In this document: in pieces, positions 47,501 through 56,081 of the stretch
Layout: every line of letters begins with the position of its first letter
How positions within the stretch are numbered: position 1 is the stretch's first letter
Assembly: GCA_045803545.1 (NCBI GenBank)
Contig: JBJMOW010000004.1
Span: 544,001-608,000, forward strand
Reading direction: 5' to 3'
Source: Gemmatimonadaceae bacterium
GTDB lineage: Bacteria; Gemmatimonadota; Gemmatimonadetes; Gemmatimonadales; Gemmatimonadaceae
DNA: 64,000 nt
The notes under the pieces: model-generated
Told to the model about the DNA's origin: nothing
What the model saw: only the letters and a program-made list of their open reading frames with translations
Databases searched by the model: none
Position numbers and translations under genes: made by a program

Positions 47501-47967
47501 CCGACCGCGGCGGTAATGGCATGCCTTCGCTCACCGGCGAGAAATCAATTGTGCTGCGCTCGCCGACCGTCGTCGTTGCTGACGAGGACCTCGGCGATGG
47601 CACGTCGAAGCAGAGTGTGGAAGGAATCCCTGTCACCATCACAGTAGTAAACAAGAGCGGGGCATCCGTCGCATTGAAGCAGATCGATCTGACGGGCTTG
47701 GCCGCAGTGAGCTTCATGGCACTTGCGCCGAGCCAGTATCAGGCGAAGGGCGGCAAGATCGAAGTCCATCTCGATTCGCCAACGGGAGCGCTACTCGGTG
47801 AGAGTGAAGCGATTACTCCGACCAGCACCCCGGCACCGGTGCGTTTGCATACGGTGCTAAGGCCGACGACCGGAGTACACGATCTGTATTTCGTGTTCAC
47901 CAATCCGACCGTGAAAGACGGGTTTCTGTTTGCACTGACGACGGCGACGTTCGAGCCCAAGCCCTAG
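44575..47967 (+). CDS. Secreted multidomain protein: ThuA + GSDH/PQQ-type beta-propeller + PKD + cytochrome c + CBM6-like
   Basis: FSKTAGFRH..GIHSA..DEFY (ThuA); EDGLLG, CCHTGG, GHRNPYR, GNYGWP (GSDH); FTRPGTYTATL (PKD); CLSCH..MPAH (cyt c); IEVHLDSPTG..G.HDLYFVF (CBM6). Confidence 0.88.
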   Translation: MHRLVARIALLIAAVCVTSAVHAQQPRVLVFSKTAGFRHTSIPNGKAAILKLGQANGFAVDTTEDATAFTQKNLARYAAVIFLSTTGDVLDAAQQDDFERYIQAGGGYVGIHSATDTEYDWPWYGRLAGAYFNGHPNNPNVKKGTYRTLDSTHISTKGFPATFDREDEFYNFKSIDPTIHPLVEIDETSYTGGTNGAHHPMSWYHDFDGGRAWYTNMGHTEASYTEPLFLGHILGGIKYAIGSGKVDFGRARPEENRFTRVVLTEKLNEPVELAVLPGERVLFVERRGAVKLYTPSDGKTRQISAIPVSTKYADSSQAEDGLLGLAADPNFATNGWVYMYYSPAGPESKNELSRFHMVGDSLDLSSRKVMLEIPTQRLKCCHTGGSIAFDAKGNLYLSTGDNSNPFETGYAPIDERPGRMPWDAQKSSGNTNDLRGKVVRIHPEPDGTYTIPEGNLFPPGTPKTRPEIYTMGHRNPYRISVDKHTGFLYWGEVGPDANVDSVGRGPRGYDEVDQARTAGNYGWPYFVGNNQAYNHFTWIDSATIQAGQQFDPEHPVNSSPNNTGLNDLPPARGAYIWYPYAASTEFPIVGSGGRAAAAGPVFYRDDFRGAPRAFPQYYDGKLFIYEFMRHWIMAVTMDKSGDLVSIERFMPSAQFSAPIEMEFAPSGDMYILEYGTRWFQGNDDARLVRVEYNAGNRKPIVAAAVDKPTGALPMRVKLSSAGTVDLDEDSLRYVWTIARKGGATVARVTQPNPTYTFTRPGTYTATLNATDVHGASSTATVEVVAGNEPPNVDVALTNGNKSFFFPGVPVRYSTTVTDREDGSLRGGTIPASRVHLSAQYLKSGLAGSGNAGSGENALTRGRRLIEANDCLSCHQFNVKAIGPAYADVAKKYHGDSTAVAHLVKKIREGGSGVWGNATMPAHPNLNEAQTSSIVAYILSLADRANAQTMPTRGSYTPPAGSGAAPQGVVVLNAEYTDRGGNGMPSLTGEKSIVLRSPTVVVADEDLGDGTSKQSVEGIPVTITVVNKSGASVALKQIDLTGLAAVSFMALAPSQYQAKGGKIEVHLDSPTGALLGESEAITPTSTPAPVRLHTVLRPTTGVHDLYFVFTNPTVKDGFLFALTTATFEPKP

Positions 47968-48011
47968 CAGCCAACGTGTAGTCGGCCACCAAAGACCTAG
48001 GATGGATTCTG

Positions 48012-49391
48012 ATGATCTTTGATGGCCGGCCGTCCCGGCGTTCCTTTCTGCAGCTGAGCGCATTTTCGCTCGCTGCGTGCGCTCTGCCGCGAGGGCGTGG
48101 AGTTGCTCCGACCTCGCCCGATCGACCAGTCCCAACGCTGGCGCAGCTGCAATGGCATCGTGACGAGCTCGCGATGTTTGTTCACTTCGGTGTGAACACA
48201 TTCACCAATCGCGAGTGGGGCGATGGCACCGAATCACCATCGATCTTCAACCCGGTTTCACTCGACGCGCGACAGTGGGCTCGCACCGCAAACGCTTCCG
48301 GCTTTCGCGCGATGATCCTGACGGCGAAGCATCACGATGGCTTCTGCCTGTGGCCAACCAGCACGACGCAGCATTCGGTCGCCGCCAGTCCGTTCCGCGG
48401 TGGGCGGGGCGATGTCGTTCGTGAATTCGTCGATGCGTGTCGCGCCGAGGGATTGCGCGCGGGTCTTTATCTGTCGCCGTGGGACCGCAATCACCCCGCT
48501 TATGGAGATTCGCCGCGCTACAACGATGTGTACGTCGCCCAGCTGACGGAGCTTCTCACTCGGTACGGGCAGATCGCCGAGGTGTGGTTTGACGGCGCGA
48601 ATGGCGAGGGGCCGAACGGAAAGCGCCAGGTTTACGACTGGCCACGATTCTTCGGACACGTCAAGCGACTGCAGCCAAATGCGGTGATTTTCTCGGACGC
48701 CGGCCCTGACGTGCGCTGGTGTGGCAACGAGAAGGGCACGGCCGGCGATCCGAATTGGGCGATGGTGAATCCTGCCCGCGTTCCGTATCCGGGAGCGGAC
48801 GGCCCGGGTATAATCGACGCGCTACAGCACGGCGATCGCGACGGCACGGTGTGGCGCCCCGCGGAAGTGGACGTTTCGATCCGGCCGGGCTGGTTCAATC
48901 ACCCAGCCGAAAACGACAGCGTTCGATCGGTCGACAATCTTGTGGATCTTTACTTCACGTCTGTCGGACGGAATGGCAAGCTGCTGTTGAACGTTCCCCC
49001 GACCGCTGATGGGGTGCTGCACCCGACAGACGTCGCGCGGCTCGGCGGAATGCGCAGCGCGCTCGATCAGTTGCTCGCGAACGATCTTTCGCCTGCAGCG
49101 ACGCGTGAGTGGCGCGTGACTGGAGCGCGAACCGCCGAGTTAAGCGTTGATCTTGGACGCGAATCGCCGATCAGTGTTATCCGTCTCGAGGAGGGCATCG
49201 CGCGTGGCCAGGTAGTTGGATCCTACCGCGTCGATGGCGCGGGCGACGATGGTGTTTGGCGTGAGCTGAGTCGCGGAACGACCATCGGTCACAGCAAGCT
49301 CGATCGAACGCAGGGGAGCGCGCGCCGGCTGCGGGTCACCATCGACGATGCCGTGACATCGCCAGAGTCGGTAACCGTGAGAGTGTACTGA
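48012..49391 (+). CDS. Tat-exported GH29 alpha-L-fucosidase
   Basis: SRRSFL, FVHFG, TAKHHDGFCLW, YLSPWD, VWFDGA, SIRPGWF, SVGRN. Confidence 0.93.
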   Translation: MIFDGRPSRRSFLQLSAFSLAACALPRGRGVAPTSPDRPVPTLAQLQWHRDELAMFVHFGVNTFTNREWGDGTESPSIFNPVSLDARQWARTANASGFRAMILTAKHHDGFCLWPTSTTQHSVAASPFRGGRGDVVREFVDACRAEGLRAGLYLSPWDRNHPAYGDSPRYNDVYVAQLTELLTRYGQIAEVWFDGANGEGPNGKRQVYDWPRFFGHVKRLQPNAVIFSDAGPDVRWCGNEKGTAGDPNWAMVNPARVPYPGADGPGIIDALQHGDRDGTVWRPAEVDVSIRPGWFNHPAENDSVRSVDNLVDLYFTSVGRNGKLLLNVPPTADGVLHPTDVARLGGMRSALDQLLANDLSPAATREWRVTGARTAELSVDLGRESPISVIRLEEGIARGQVVGSYRVDGAGDDGVWRELSRGTTIGHSKLDRTQGSARRLRVTIDDAVTSPESVTVRVY

Positions 49392-49392
49392 G

Positions 49393-49878
49393 TTACGAGA
49401 CGCGGCTTACCAGGAGCGCGGTCAGGTACATCCCGAGGCCGAACACGAAGTGAGTCGCGAGACTCTTGAGCCTCGCCTTCGTTGGATTCGCGGTGCTGGC
49501 TGATGCGATACCAAGGCCGAGCGAAGGCTGCAGGATAAAAAACGGGAAGACGACTGTGGCGACGCCATAGATAAGAGCCGGTGTCAGCGTTGGTCGTGCA
49601 ACCCAATCGCGCGATATGATCGCCACGAATACAATCGCCAGGCTTACGCCGATGGTGTAGTGAGTGATCCAGCCGAGCTGACGCTCGAAACTCTTTGGCG
49701 CAGCATTGCCGACGCTCGCGTGTCGGAAAGTGCCGTCTGGCATGTGCAGAACCCAACGTCCCAGGAAGCCGTAGTTGAGTGAAGGAATTCCAAACACTCG
49801 CTTCAGGAACAGGTTCCATAGATCCATCAGCAACGTTGCGCCGATGCCGATCGCGATTCCGTCAATCAGGTAGCGCAT
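49393..49878 (-). CDS. DUF2938 membrane protein
   Basis: GIGATLLMDLW, GRW, GWITHY, QPSLGLG, HFVFG. Confidence 0.88.
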   Translation of the reverse strand: MRYLIDGIAIGIGATLLMDLWNLFLKRVFGIPSLNYGFLGRWVLHMPDGTFRHASVGNAAPKSFERQLGWITHYTIGVSLAIVFVAIISRDWVARPTLTPALIYGVATVVFPFFILQPSLGLGIASASTANPTKARLKSLATHFVFGLGMYLTALLVSRVS

Positions 49879-49955
49879 TCGGTATTTCGCGCTACAACAA
49901 CTTCCGGCAGTACGCGAAGAATCCAACGTAGGCGAGGATGGACATCAAGAGAGCT

Positions 49956-50366
49956 TCACGCGCCGCTCGTCCGGAGCTCGTAACTGAGCTCGAATGGATG
50001 CTCCATGCCGTGTCCGACCGACGTCCGTCCTTCGCCCTCGAGACCGCGCAGATCGCCGGTCGCGGATCCGGGGACGACTGTGTAGGACTCTTTCGCTTGT
50101 CCGTCCTCGAATTCACCAATTCTCTGTAATACGAAGGTGCCGCTCTTGTTGCCGATGCGGCCGACGATCCGCTCGATGCCGACAAACGACGCGGATCCAT
50201 CGCTGCGATACATCATTATGTACTCCACATGTCCCTCGCCCTCGATGTCGCCGGTGAAGGTCTTGGCGACACTCGCTCGCGTGAGCTTTGGCTGGTCCGC
50301 GCCTTCGCTGTATGGCTTCTCATCCCAGCTCTTGATCGCGAAACGCGCTTTGGCGGTCTTTTTCAT
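49956..50366 (-). CDS. DUF3224 family protein
   Basis: WDEKPY, FTGDIEG, GTFVLQ, VVPGSATGDLRGL. Confidence 0.88.
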   Translation of the reverse strand: MKKTAKARFAIKSWDEKPYSEGADQPKLTRASVAKTFTGDIEGEGHVEYIMMYRSDGSASFVGIERIVGRIGNKSGTFVLQRIGEFEDGQAKESYTVVPGSATGDLRGLEGEGRTSVGHGMEHPFELSYELRTSGA

Positions 50367-50767
50367 TTTCCCTCGTCGGGTCTCCCTCCAAATGAGATCA
50401 CGTAACCGTCGGGATCTTCAACGTAGAAGTCCTTGGTGCCCCATTCGGTGGGCTCTATTGGTCGTAGAATCTTCGCGCCGTTCGCCATGCACCGATCATA
50501 AAAGGCCTCGATGCCGTCGACACCAGCTGCCGCATCGAGGTGCTCGTTCTCGCGGCGCCAGCTTCGATCACCGACGTTCTTCGGTGATTCCTTTAGATGG
50601 AGCTCGAGTCCGTCGAGCTTGCCAATCGCGTAGAAGCCCTCCCATGGCTCGCCGAACCTGAAACCGAGCTTCTCGTAATACTCGATTGAACGCGCGAGAT
50701 CATCAACCAGAAACTGCGGTGCGAACGCGGTCAGCTTCGGCGCTTTTACGTCTGCTCGCGTAGCCAT
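50363..50767 (-). CDS. VOC/bleomycin-resistance family protein
   Basis: VDDLARSIEYYEKLGF, WGTKDFYVEDPDGY; start uncertain. Confidence 0.85.
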   Translation of the reverse strand: MATRADVKAPKLTAFAPQFLVDDLARSIEYYEKLGFRFGEPWEGFYAIGKLDGLELHLKESPKNVGDRSWRRENEHLDAAAGVDGIEAFYDRCMANGAKILRPIEPTEWGTKDFYVEDPDGYVISFGGRPDEGK

Positions 50768-51096
50768 CGCTCGATTACCTCCACAGTGTGAGCTTGCTCG
50801 TCCGGCGTCAATGCGTGGCCTTTATCGATGCGATGCCACTTCGCGAGACAGCCGCGACAACATGTTGCTGTCGCATGCTGGGCGACGAACACCGGATGCC
50901 CTTTCCACGGCGTCTGCTTGCCATCGTTCTTCGGCTCTGCGGGCGCCAGTCTCTGCTCGATGAAATTGTGCGCATGTCCGAGAACCGTCGGCAAGCCCTT
51001 GTCCTCCAGATATGCTTTCTCTTTCGCGCCCAGTCGGAAGCCTTGTCGAAACGAGGAGCGCGTCAGGGCAGAGAAGAGTTCGTCAACGTCCCGCAC
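50746..51096 (-). CDS. DUF4186 family protein
   Basis: NDGKQTP..GHPVFVAQHATATCCRGCL.KWH. Confidence 0.92.
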   Translation of the reverse strand: MRDVDELFSALTRSSFRQGFRLGAKEKAYLEDKGLPTVLGHAHNFIEQRLAPAEPKNDGKQTPWKGHPVFVAQHATATCCRGCLAKWHRIDKGHALTPDEQAHTVEVIERWLREQT

Positions 51097-51628
51097 GTAG
51101 CACTCGTCGGGTCATGAAGACGATTGGAATCGTAACGAATGGTATATGCGCGAAAATCTGGACCCACCACCGAAACCCAATGCGCGGAAAGTGGCCGGTT
51201 GCGAGTGGAATGACCGCGAGCGACATCACCAACCAGATAATCGGACCGTAGACTAGAGCAACGCCGAGTGCACCGGTGGGCGTCGCGATGGAGCAGCGGA
51301 TCGCGGGCGACGAAAGGGCGGCCGCGACAAATATTGCCGACCAGGTAAAGGCGACAGCGAGGTGAAGCGCGATGCCGACTGCGATCGGCGTATTACCGCC
51401 GTCGATCGCAGTCGGGCCGAGAACGGTGGACGCGACGCCTTGCCAGAGATGAGCGAACGTGCCGTGATAGGCGAAGACTGTCAGCGCCGTTGCGCAGAGA
51501 AAATCCCAGGCAGCGGTGACGAGCCAGACCGGAGTCACCGCGCGGAGAAACGACGGGCGGTCGTTCGCCGTAGCAGGCACCGTCACGAGACCTCGCGGCG
51601 CGGCTTCGTTCGTACTGTCCGGAATCAA
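51083..51628 (-). CDS. Hypothetical membrane protein
   Basis: Four TM segments; QGVAS, LH, H..FV pattern. Confidence 0.7.
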   Translation of the reverse strand: MIPDSTNEAAPRGLVTVPATANDRPSFLRAVTPVWLVTAAWDFLCATALTVFAYHGTFAHLWQGVASTVLGPTAIDGGNTPIAVGIALHLAVAFTWSAIFVAAALSSPAIRCSIATPTGALGVALVYGPIIWLVMSLAVIPLATGHFPRIGFRWWVQIFAHIPFVTIPIVFMTRRVLRAGR

Positions 51629-51681
51629 CTTGATCGAATTGTCATCTGATTGATCAAGCTAACACTGCCTGACCGACGCCT

Positions 51682-53433
51682 CTACTTCGCCGAGGGTTTG
51701 AGCTTCTCGACGATGTCGCGAGCGGTCCGGTTTGTCGGATCCAGTTCCAGGGTCCGCTGTGCTGCTCGTAACGCAACATCCGGCCGTTTGGTTAGATCGG
51801 CAACGTAAGCCACTACAACGTTGGCATCGATGCTGTTGGTATATGCCTGCGCACCGGCTTCAGCAACCGCATACGCGGCCTCCAGTTCTTTCTGGATGTA
51901 AAGCTGCTCGGCGGCCTGCGGAATCATCAGCTCGAGATTCAAATAGCGATTCGCGACGTCTTCGCGGAATGCCGCGAGCGTATCCCGAACGGCTTTCACT
52001 CCACCTGTCTTCGCCGTCTGGAGCAATAGATCCTGCAACGAAGGACGCGGAGTGTAATCGAGCGCAGCCTCGAGTACCGGATCGATTCCGCGCGCGTAAT
52101 CTGCGAAGGTCAGCGGCGCTGCGATGTCGACGCCGGTCCACGGCCGCTTGCTCTGTCCAGCGAGTTGATTCCAGTAGATCGACGTCTGGACGCTAATGCC
52201 GCTATTCGGCATACGCGAGCGATAACCGTCGCCGTATGAATTCGGTTTTGAGCTCGCGGGCTCGCCGAGGAAAACCGCTTTCGTCAGTCGCCTGAGGTCG
52301 ACGAGGATTCCTTCGGTCGCAGAGAAGCTCCCGCGCGCGCTGAGGACGAAGAGGCGGGTGTCGTCATCCTCTGCTTTGATCAGCTCACTGATATAGCCGG
52401 AGCGCAGATCCATGTTGCCGCCGTAATTGAGCCGAAGATCGATAATTATCGCTCGCGGATTGGTCGCCTGTGCCTGCTTACGGATGCGCTCACCGAATTG
52501 GCCCAACGATTCGTCTTTGACAGCTGCAACCATATTGAGCTGGGTGTAGAGCGCCTTTCGATTGGAAAGATCGATCATGCGGTGATAATCGAGTGGCGCC
52601 TGCAACCACGTGGGCTGCGCACCTGTGCGCGCGTCGACCCAGCCGTCCGGCGTGAAGAAGGACGCGTCGGTGTCGGGCGGCCAGAGCGGCGCGATTTCCC
52701 CAGCGGGAACTGTGACTGTTGAGCGCCGACCATCCTTCACCAGCGTGAAGGTCGCCGCCTTCGAAGTCGGCGAGAGCTTCAGCGCCTGAAGAATGTCGGG
52801 CATGTTGATGAAGATCGGCGCCATCAGCTTCGTCCCCATCTCATTGTCCTTGGAGACGATCTCGCTCACTCGCTTGATCGCTTCTTCGACCGGCACGCCG
52901 CCGACGGCTTCGATCCGCGAGCCGACGAGCGAGGCGTATTGTGGCGCCGCTGCGCGCACGTATAACCCATCCTCAAAGAGGTAGAGCCTGAGCGGCAGCG
53001 ATGGAAATCCAAACTTCGGATCCTTGCGCGGATCGACTCTGGTGTGGCCATCGCCGACCATCGCCGCGATTCGCATCATGCCGACGATTATCTCGTTGCG
53101 CTGCAGCGTCGGAATTCGCGCGTTGAGATCCGATACTGCGGCGGCAAACTGCTCCGCGCTCACAGTGTGATACAAGTTCTTGTGGCGGCGCTGCATCTCG
53201 GCCGCCATGAACTTGAGATCCGCTCTCCATTCTTCTGCGGTCAGATTGTAGACGGGACCGGTTTGCGTTGCAGGTGCGGCTTGGGCCCGCGCGATTATCG
53301 GAGCGAGCCAAATCGCAAGCGCAGCGATGGCGATCGAGATGATGCGCAGGCGCGAAAAAGCACTGCTCGTGCGTGAGGTATCGAACACTTGAAGGAGGCT
53401 CAATGATTGGTGAGTCGCGAGGCGACGGTTCAA
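51682..53433 (-). CDS. Secreted S41-like peptidase with C-terminal TPR
   Basis: DGHT, IIIDLRLNYGGN, GSFSA, GEP, NSYGD; TPR-like tail; true start may be downstream. Confidence 0.72.
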   Translation of the reverse strand: MNRRLATHQSLSLLQVFDTSRTSSAFSRLRIISIAIAALAIWLAPIIARAQAAPATQTGPVYNLTAEEWRADLKFMAAEMQRRHKNLYHTVSAEQFAAAVSDLNARIPTLQRNEIIVGMMRIAAMVGDGHTRVDPRKDPKFGFPSLPLRLYLFEDGLYVRAAAPQYASLVGSRIEAVGGVPVEEAIKRVSEIVSKDNEMGTKLMAPIFINMPDILQALKLSPTSKAATFTLVKDGRRSTVTVPAGEIAPLWPPDTDASFFTPDGWVDARTGAQPTWLQAPLDYHRMIDLSNRKALYTQLNMVAAVKDESLGQFGERIRKQAQATNPRAIIIDLRLNYGGNMDLRSGYISELIKAEDDDTRLFVLSARGSFSATEGILVDLRRLTKAVFLGEPASSKPNSYGDGYRSRMPNSGISVQTSIYWNQLAGQSKRPWTGVDIAAPLTFADYARGIDPVLEAALDYTPRPSLQDLLLQTAKTGGVKAVRDTLAAFREDVANRYLNLELMIPQAAEQLYIQKELEAAYAVAEAGAQAYTNSIDANVVVAYVADLTKRPDVALRAAQRTLELDPTNRTARDIVEKLKPSAK

Positions 53434-53460
53434 CTGAGACAGCGCGGAATACCAAAACGT

Positions 53461-54831
53461 TTAGATCGACGCCCTCGGTGATTTCACTGATGCGCGCACC
53501 GCTTTCCCTGGCGCGACACCGTCGACTGGTTTGCCATTCGTGACGACTGACACACCGTTTACGATGACGTGCTCGATCCCGATCGGCGGCAGCGACGGCT
53601 CGCGATACGTCGCGCGATCGATCACACGCTTCGCATCGAAAATGGTGATATCCGCGTCGGCTCCAACCTGCAGGCGTCCCTTCTGCCGCATCGCCGGCAC
53701 GCGCGGCTCGAGCAGCTGCGCCGGCCTGATGGTCATCTTGCCGATGGCTTCCATCAACGAGAGGGAGCCGGCTTCGCGCACGTACCGACCCAGCACCCGC
53801 GAGTAAGTGCCGCAGGTTCGAGGATGGCCTGTACCATTCTGCCAATATCCATCGCTGGCAATCATCGTCAGCGGATTGGTGATCGCCGCGCTAACCATTT
53901 CTTCGGTGTTGTCATGCACCACGATTGGCCCACCGATTTCCGTATAGCGCGTAAAGCTTTCACGATTCATTCGCTCGCCTGTCCGCGGCCATTCGATCTT
54001 GCCGAGCTGGTCGTCGGGCGCAGAGCCATACACGCTCTGAATGGTCGCCGACTGAATCTCCGTCATTCCGGCTGTATACGGATAAGCCTCGACAGTCACC
54101 TCGTTGCCAAGCGCTTGCGCGTTGCGGATCATCTCCAGCATCACCGGCGTATCGGCGAGGCTCGAGCTGTTCACGTGCACCACGTGCAGCGGCGCCTGAG
54201 TCTCGATTGCCAATGACAGCGCTTCCTTGAGACCGTCGATGCCGGGAGTGATGTGAACGTGAACCGGCGTCTTCGTTCTGGCAGCAATCCGAAACACCGC
54301 CAGCAATTCCTCTCGCGTCGCCGCCGGTGTGTACGGAATTCCAGCGCCGATATCGACGCCGCCCTCACTGAGTCCCCTCTCGATTCGCTGCGCGATCTCG
54401 GCGATGTGCGCCGGAGTCGGCGCGCGATAGGCTCCGTCCCCCACCGGCATGAACGTCCCGCGATCGTTCATAACCGCCATTCGGACTTTGATGTGGCCGA
54501 TGCTGACGCCGTAGTTGATAATCTGACCGGCACTGCGCTCCCGATACCACGCGTCGACATCCGCAGTGCCGAGCTCAAGCTCCAACGTAGTCGTCACACC
54601 GTCCACCGACCGAAACCGGTACGTCTCGGCCGTCACTCCGTGATCGTGCAGATCGATGAATCCTGGTACGACGACAAGACCAGTCGCATCGATCACATCG
54701 CGACCGCGGACAGTCTCGGTCGTGATGGTCTCAACTCTTCCGTCGACTATTCCGATATTGCGCAGGTCGTCAAGACCGGACGCTGCATCGATTACGCGTC
54801 CCCCGCGAATTACCCGATCGTAAGTGGTCAA
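53461..54831 (-). CDS. Amidohydrolase, N-acyl-D-amino-acid / D-glutamate deacylase-like
   Basis: GGRVID, PGFIDLHDH, HVVH, IASDG, GHPR, GADADITIF. Confidence 0.85.
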   Translation of the reverse strand: MTTYDRVIRGGRVIDAASGLDDLRNIGIVDGRVETITTETVRGRDVIDATGLVVVPGFIDLHDHGVTAETYRFRSVDGVTTTLELELGTADVDAWYRERSAGQIINYGVSIGHIKVRMAVMNDRGTFMPVGDGAYRAPTPAHIAEIAQRIERGLSEGGVDIGAGIPYTPAATREELLAVFRIAARTKTPVHVHITPGIDGLKEALSLAIETQAPLHVVHVNSSSLADTPVMLEMIRNAQALGNEVTVEAYPYTAGMTEIQSATIQSVYGSAPDDQLGKIEWPRTGERMNRESFTRYTEIGGPIVVHDNTEEMVSAAITNPLTMIASDGYWQNGTGHPRTCGTYSRVLGRYVREAGSLSLMEAIGKMTIRPAQLLEPRVPAMRQKGRLQVGADADITIFDAKRVIDRATYREPSLPPIGIEHVIVNGVSVVTNGKPVDGVAPGKAVRASVKSPRASI

Positions 54832-56015
54832 ACCGCAGGCGTCCGGAATCTCAGGCAGACGGGACTTGGTAGTGCGAGCTGGTGATGCGTGGACGTCAGT
54901 CGGCTGCTTTTCTCATCGCGACCGAAAACGACAATCGAATTCGATTTTTGATTCGCCACCAGCAACCAACGCCCACTCGGATCCAGAGTGAAGTTGCGCG
55001 GCCAGTCGCCTTCAGTGGAGACAGTCTGTTCGAGCGATAACGCGCCACTGTTCGAAATCGACAACGCAGCGATGCTGTTGTGACCACGGTTCGACACATA
55101 GACGGTGCGGCCGGATGGCGCGACGTGAATATCCGCCGGGTAGTTCTCGCCCTTCCAACCGCTGGGCAGCGTCGACTGGGTATCGAGTGCAGTCAGCGCT
55201 CCCCGCTCAGCGTCAAAGCGTAACGCGGTCACGGTTGAATCGAGCTCGCACGAGACGAACACCATCGGCGCGGATGGGTGAAACGCGATATGACGCGGGC
55301 CCGCGCGCGGCCGCATCACCGCATCGCCGGCCTCGACATGTCGCAGCGTTTGTCCGTCGAGTCGGTAGACGAAAAGGCGATCCGCGCCGAGGTCAGCGGC
55401 CAACGCGAAGCGGTTTGATGGATCGGCAATGATGCAGTGCGCGTGTGGCTCGCCCTGTCGATCTGCAACTGGCCCATGACCGGTGTGTTTGATTACCGAA
55501 GTCGCCGGCGCTATCGCGCCACCGGACTGAACCGGCAGCAGCGCTACGCTCCCGCCATCGTAGTTGGCGACCAGCACCGCGCGACCCGCCCCGTCCACAC
55601 TGACATAGCAAGGCCCTGTGCCCCCCGACGATTGCGCGCCGATCCTGGTGAGGGCGCCCGTGCCCGCAGCAATGCTGAATGCAGTGACACCGCCGCTCGC
55701 CTCTCCGTTGAATTTGTCCGTCTCGTTGACCGCGTAGAGCGCAGTGCCCTTCGGATGAATGGCCAGAAACGACGGGTTCGGTCCGGCGTCAACTGAGCCG
55801 AGCATTCGTAATTCACCCGAGCGTGAATCGAAGCGAACGAGATAAATGCCTTTTGATTTGCCATCGTCGGTGTAGGTACCGACGTAGAGAAGCTCATCGC
55901 CCACCGGCGACTCCTTGCGCAATGAAAGGCGTTTCGAGCCGCGCGCGAGCTCGATAAAACCAAAGGCTGACGCGGCGAGAAACTCCCGTCTCGATGTCCT
56001 GCGAGTGTTTGACAT
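54828..56015 (-). CDS. Tat-exported lactonase (6-phosphogluconolactonase/YbhE beta-propeller)
   Basis: SRREFL, YVGTYT, NPSFL, ANY, PHAH, DLGAD, GPRH, SNRG, PRNF. Confidence 0.92.
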   Translation of the reverse strand: MSNTRRTSRREFLAASAFGFIELARGSKRLSLRKESPVGDELLYVGTYTDDGKSKGIYLVRFDSRSGELRMLGSVDAGPNPSFLAIHPKGTALYAVNETDKFNGEASGGVTAFSIAAGTGALTRIGAQSSGGTGPCYVSVDGAGRAVLVANYDGGSVALLPVQSGGAIAPATSVIKHTGHGPVADRQGEPHAHCIIADPSNRFALAADLGADRLFVYRLDGQTLRHVEAGDAVMRPRAGPRHIAFHPSAPMVFVSCELDSTVTALRFDAERGALTALDTQSTLPSGWKGENYPADIHVAPSGRTVYVSNRGHNSIAALSISNSGALSLEQTVSTEGDWPRNFTLDPSGRWLLVANQKSNSIVVFGRDEKSSRLTSTHHQLALPSPVCLRFRTPAV

Positions 56016-56017
56016 GA

Positions 56018-56061
56018 CGCAAGAAAGTGGCAGCGAACCCATGGAACCGCCACTTTTTGCG
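56018..56061. promoter_or_regulatory. Inverted repeat in a divergent promoter region
   Basis: CGCAAGAAAGTGGC-N17-GCCACTTTTTGCG between lactonase and permease starts. Confidence 0.45.
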
Positions 56062-56081
56062 GGGAGTATGTCAATAATTTC

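Noticed and set aside
50363..51096. Possible frameshifted fusion of DUF4186 and VOC (22-nt overlap)
   Set aside because: Both ORFs look complete for their families; short overlaps are common throughout this window
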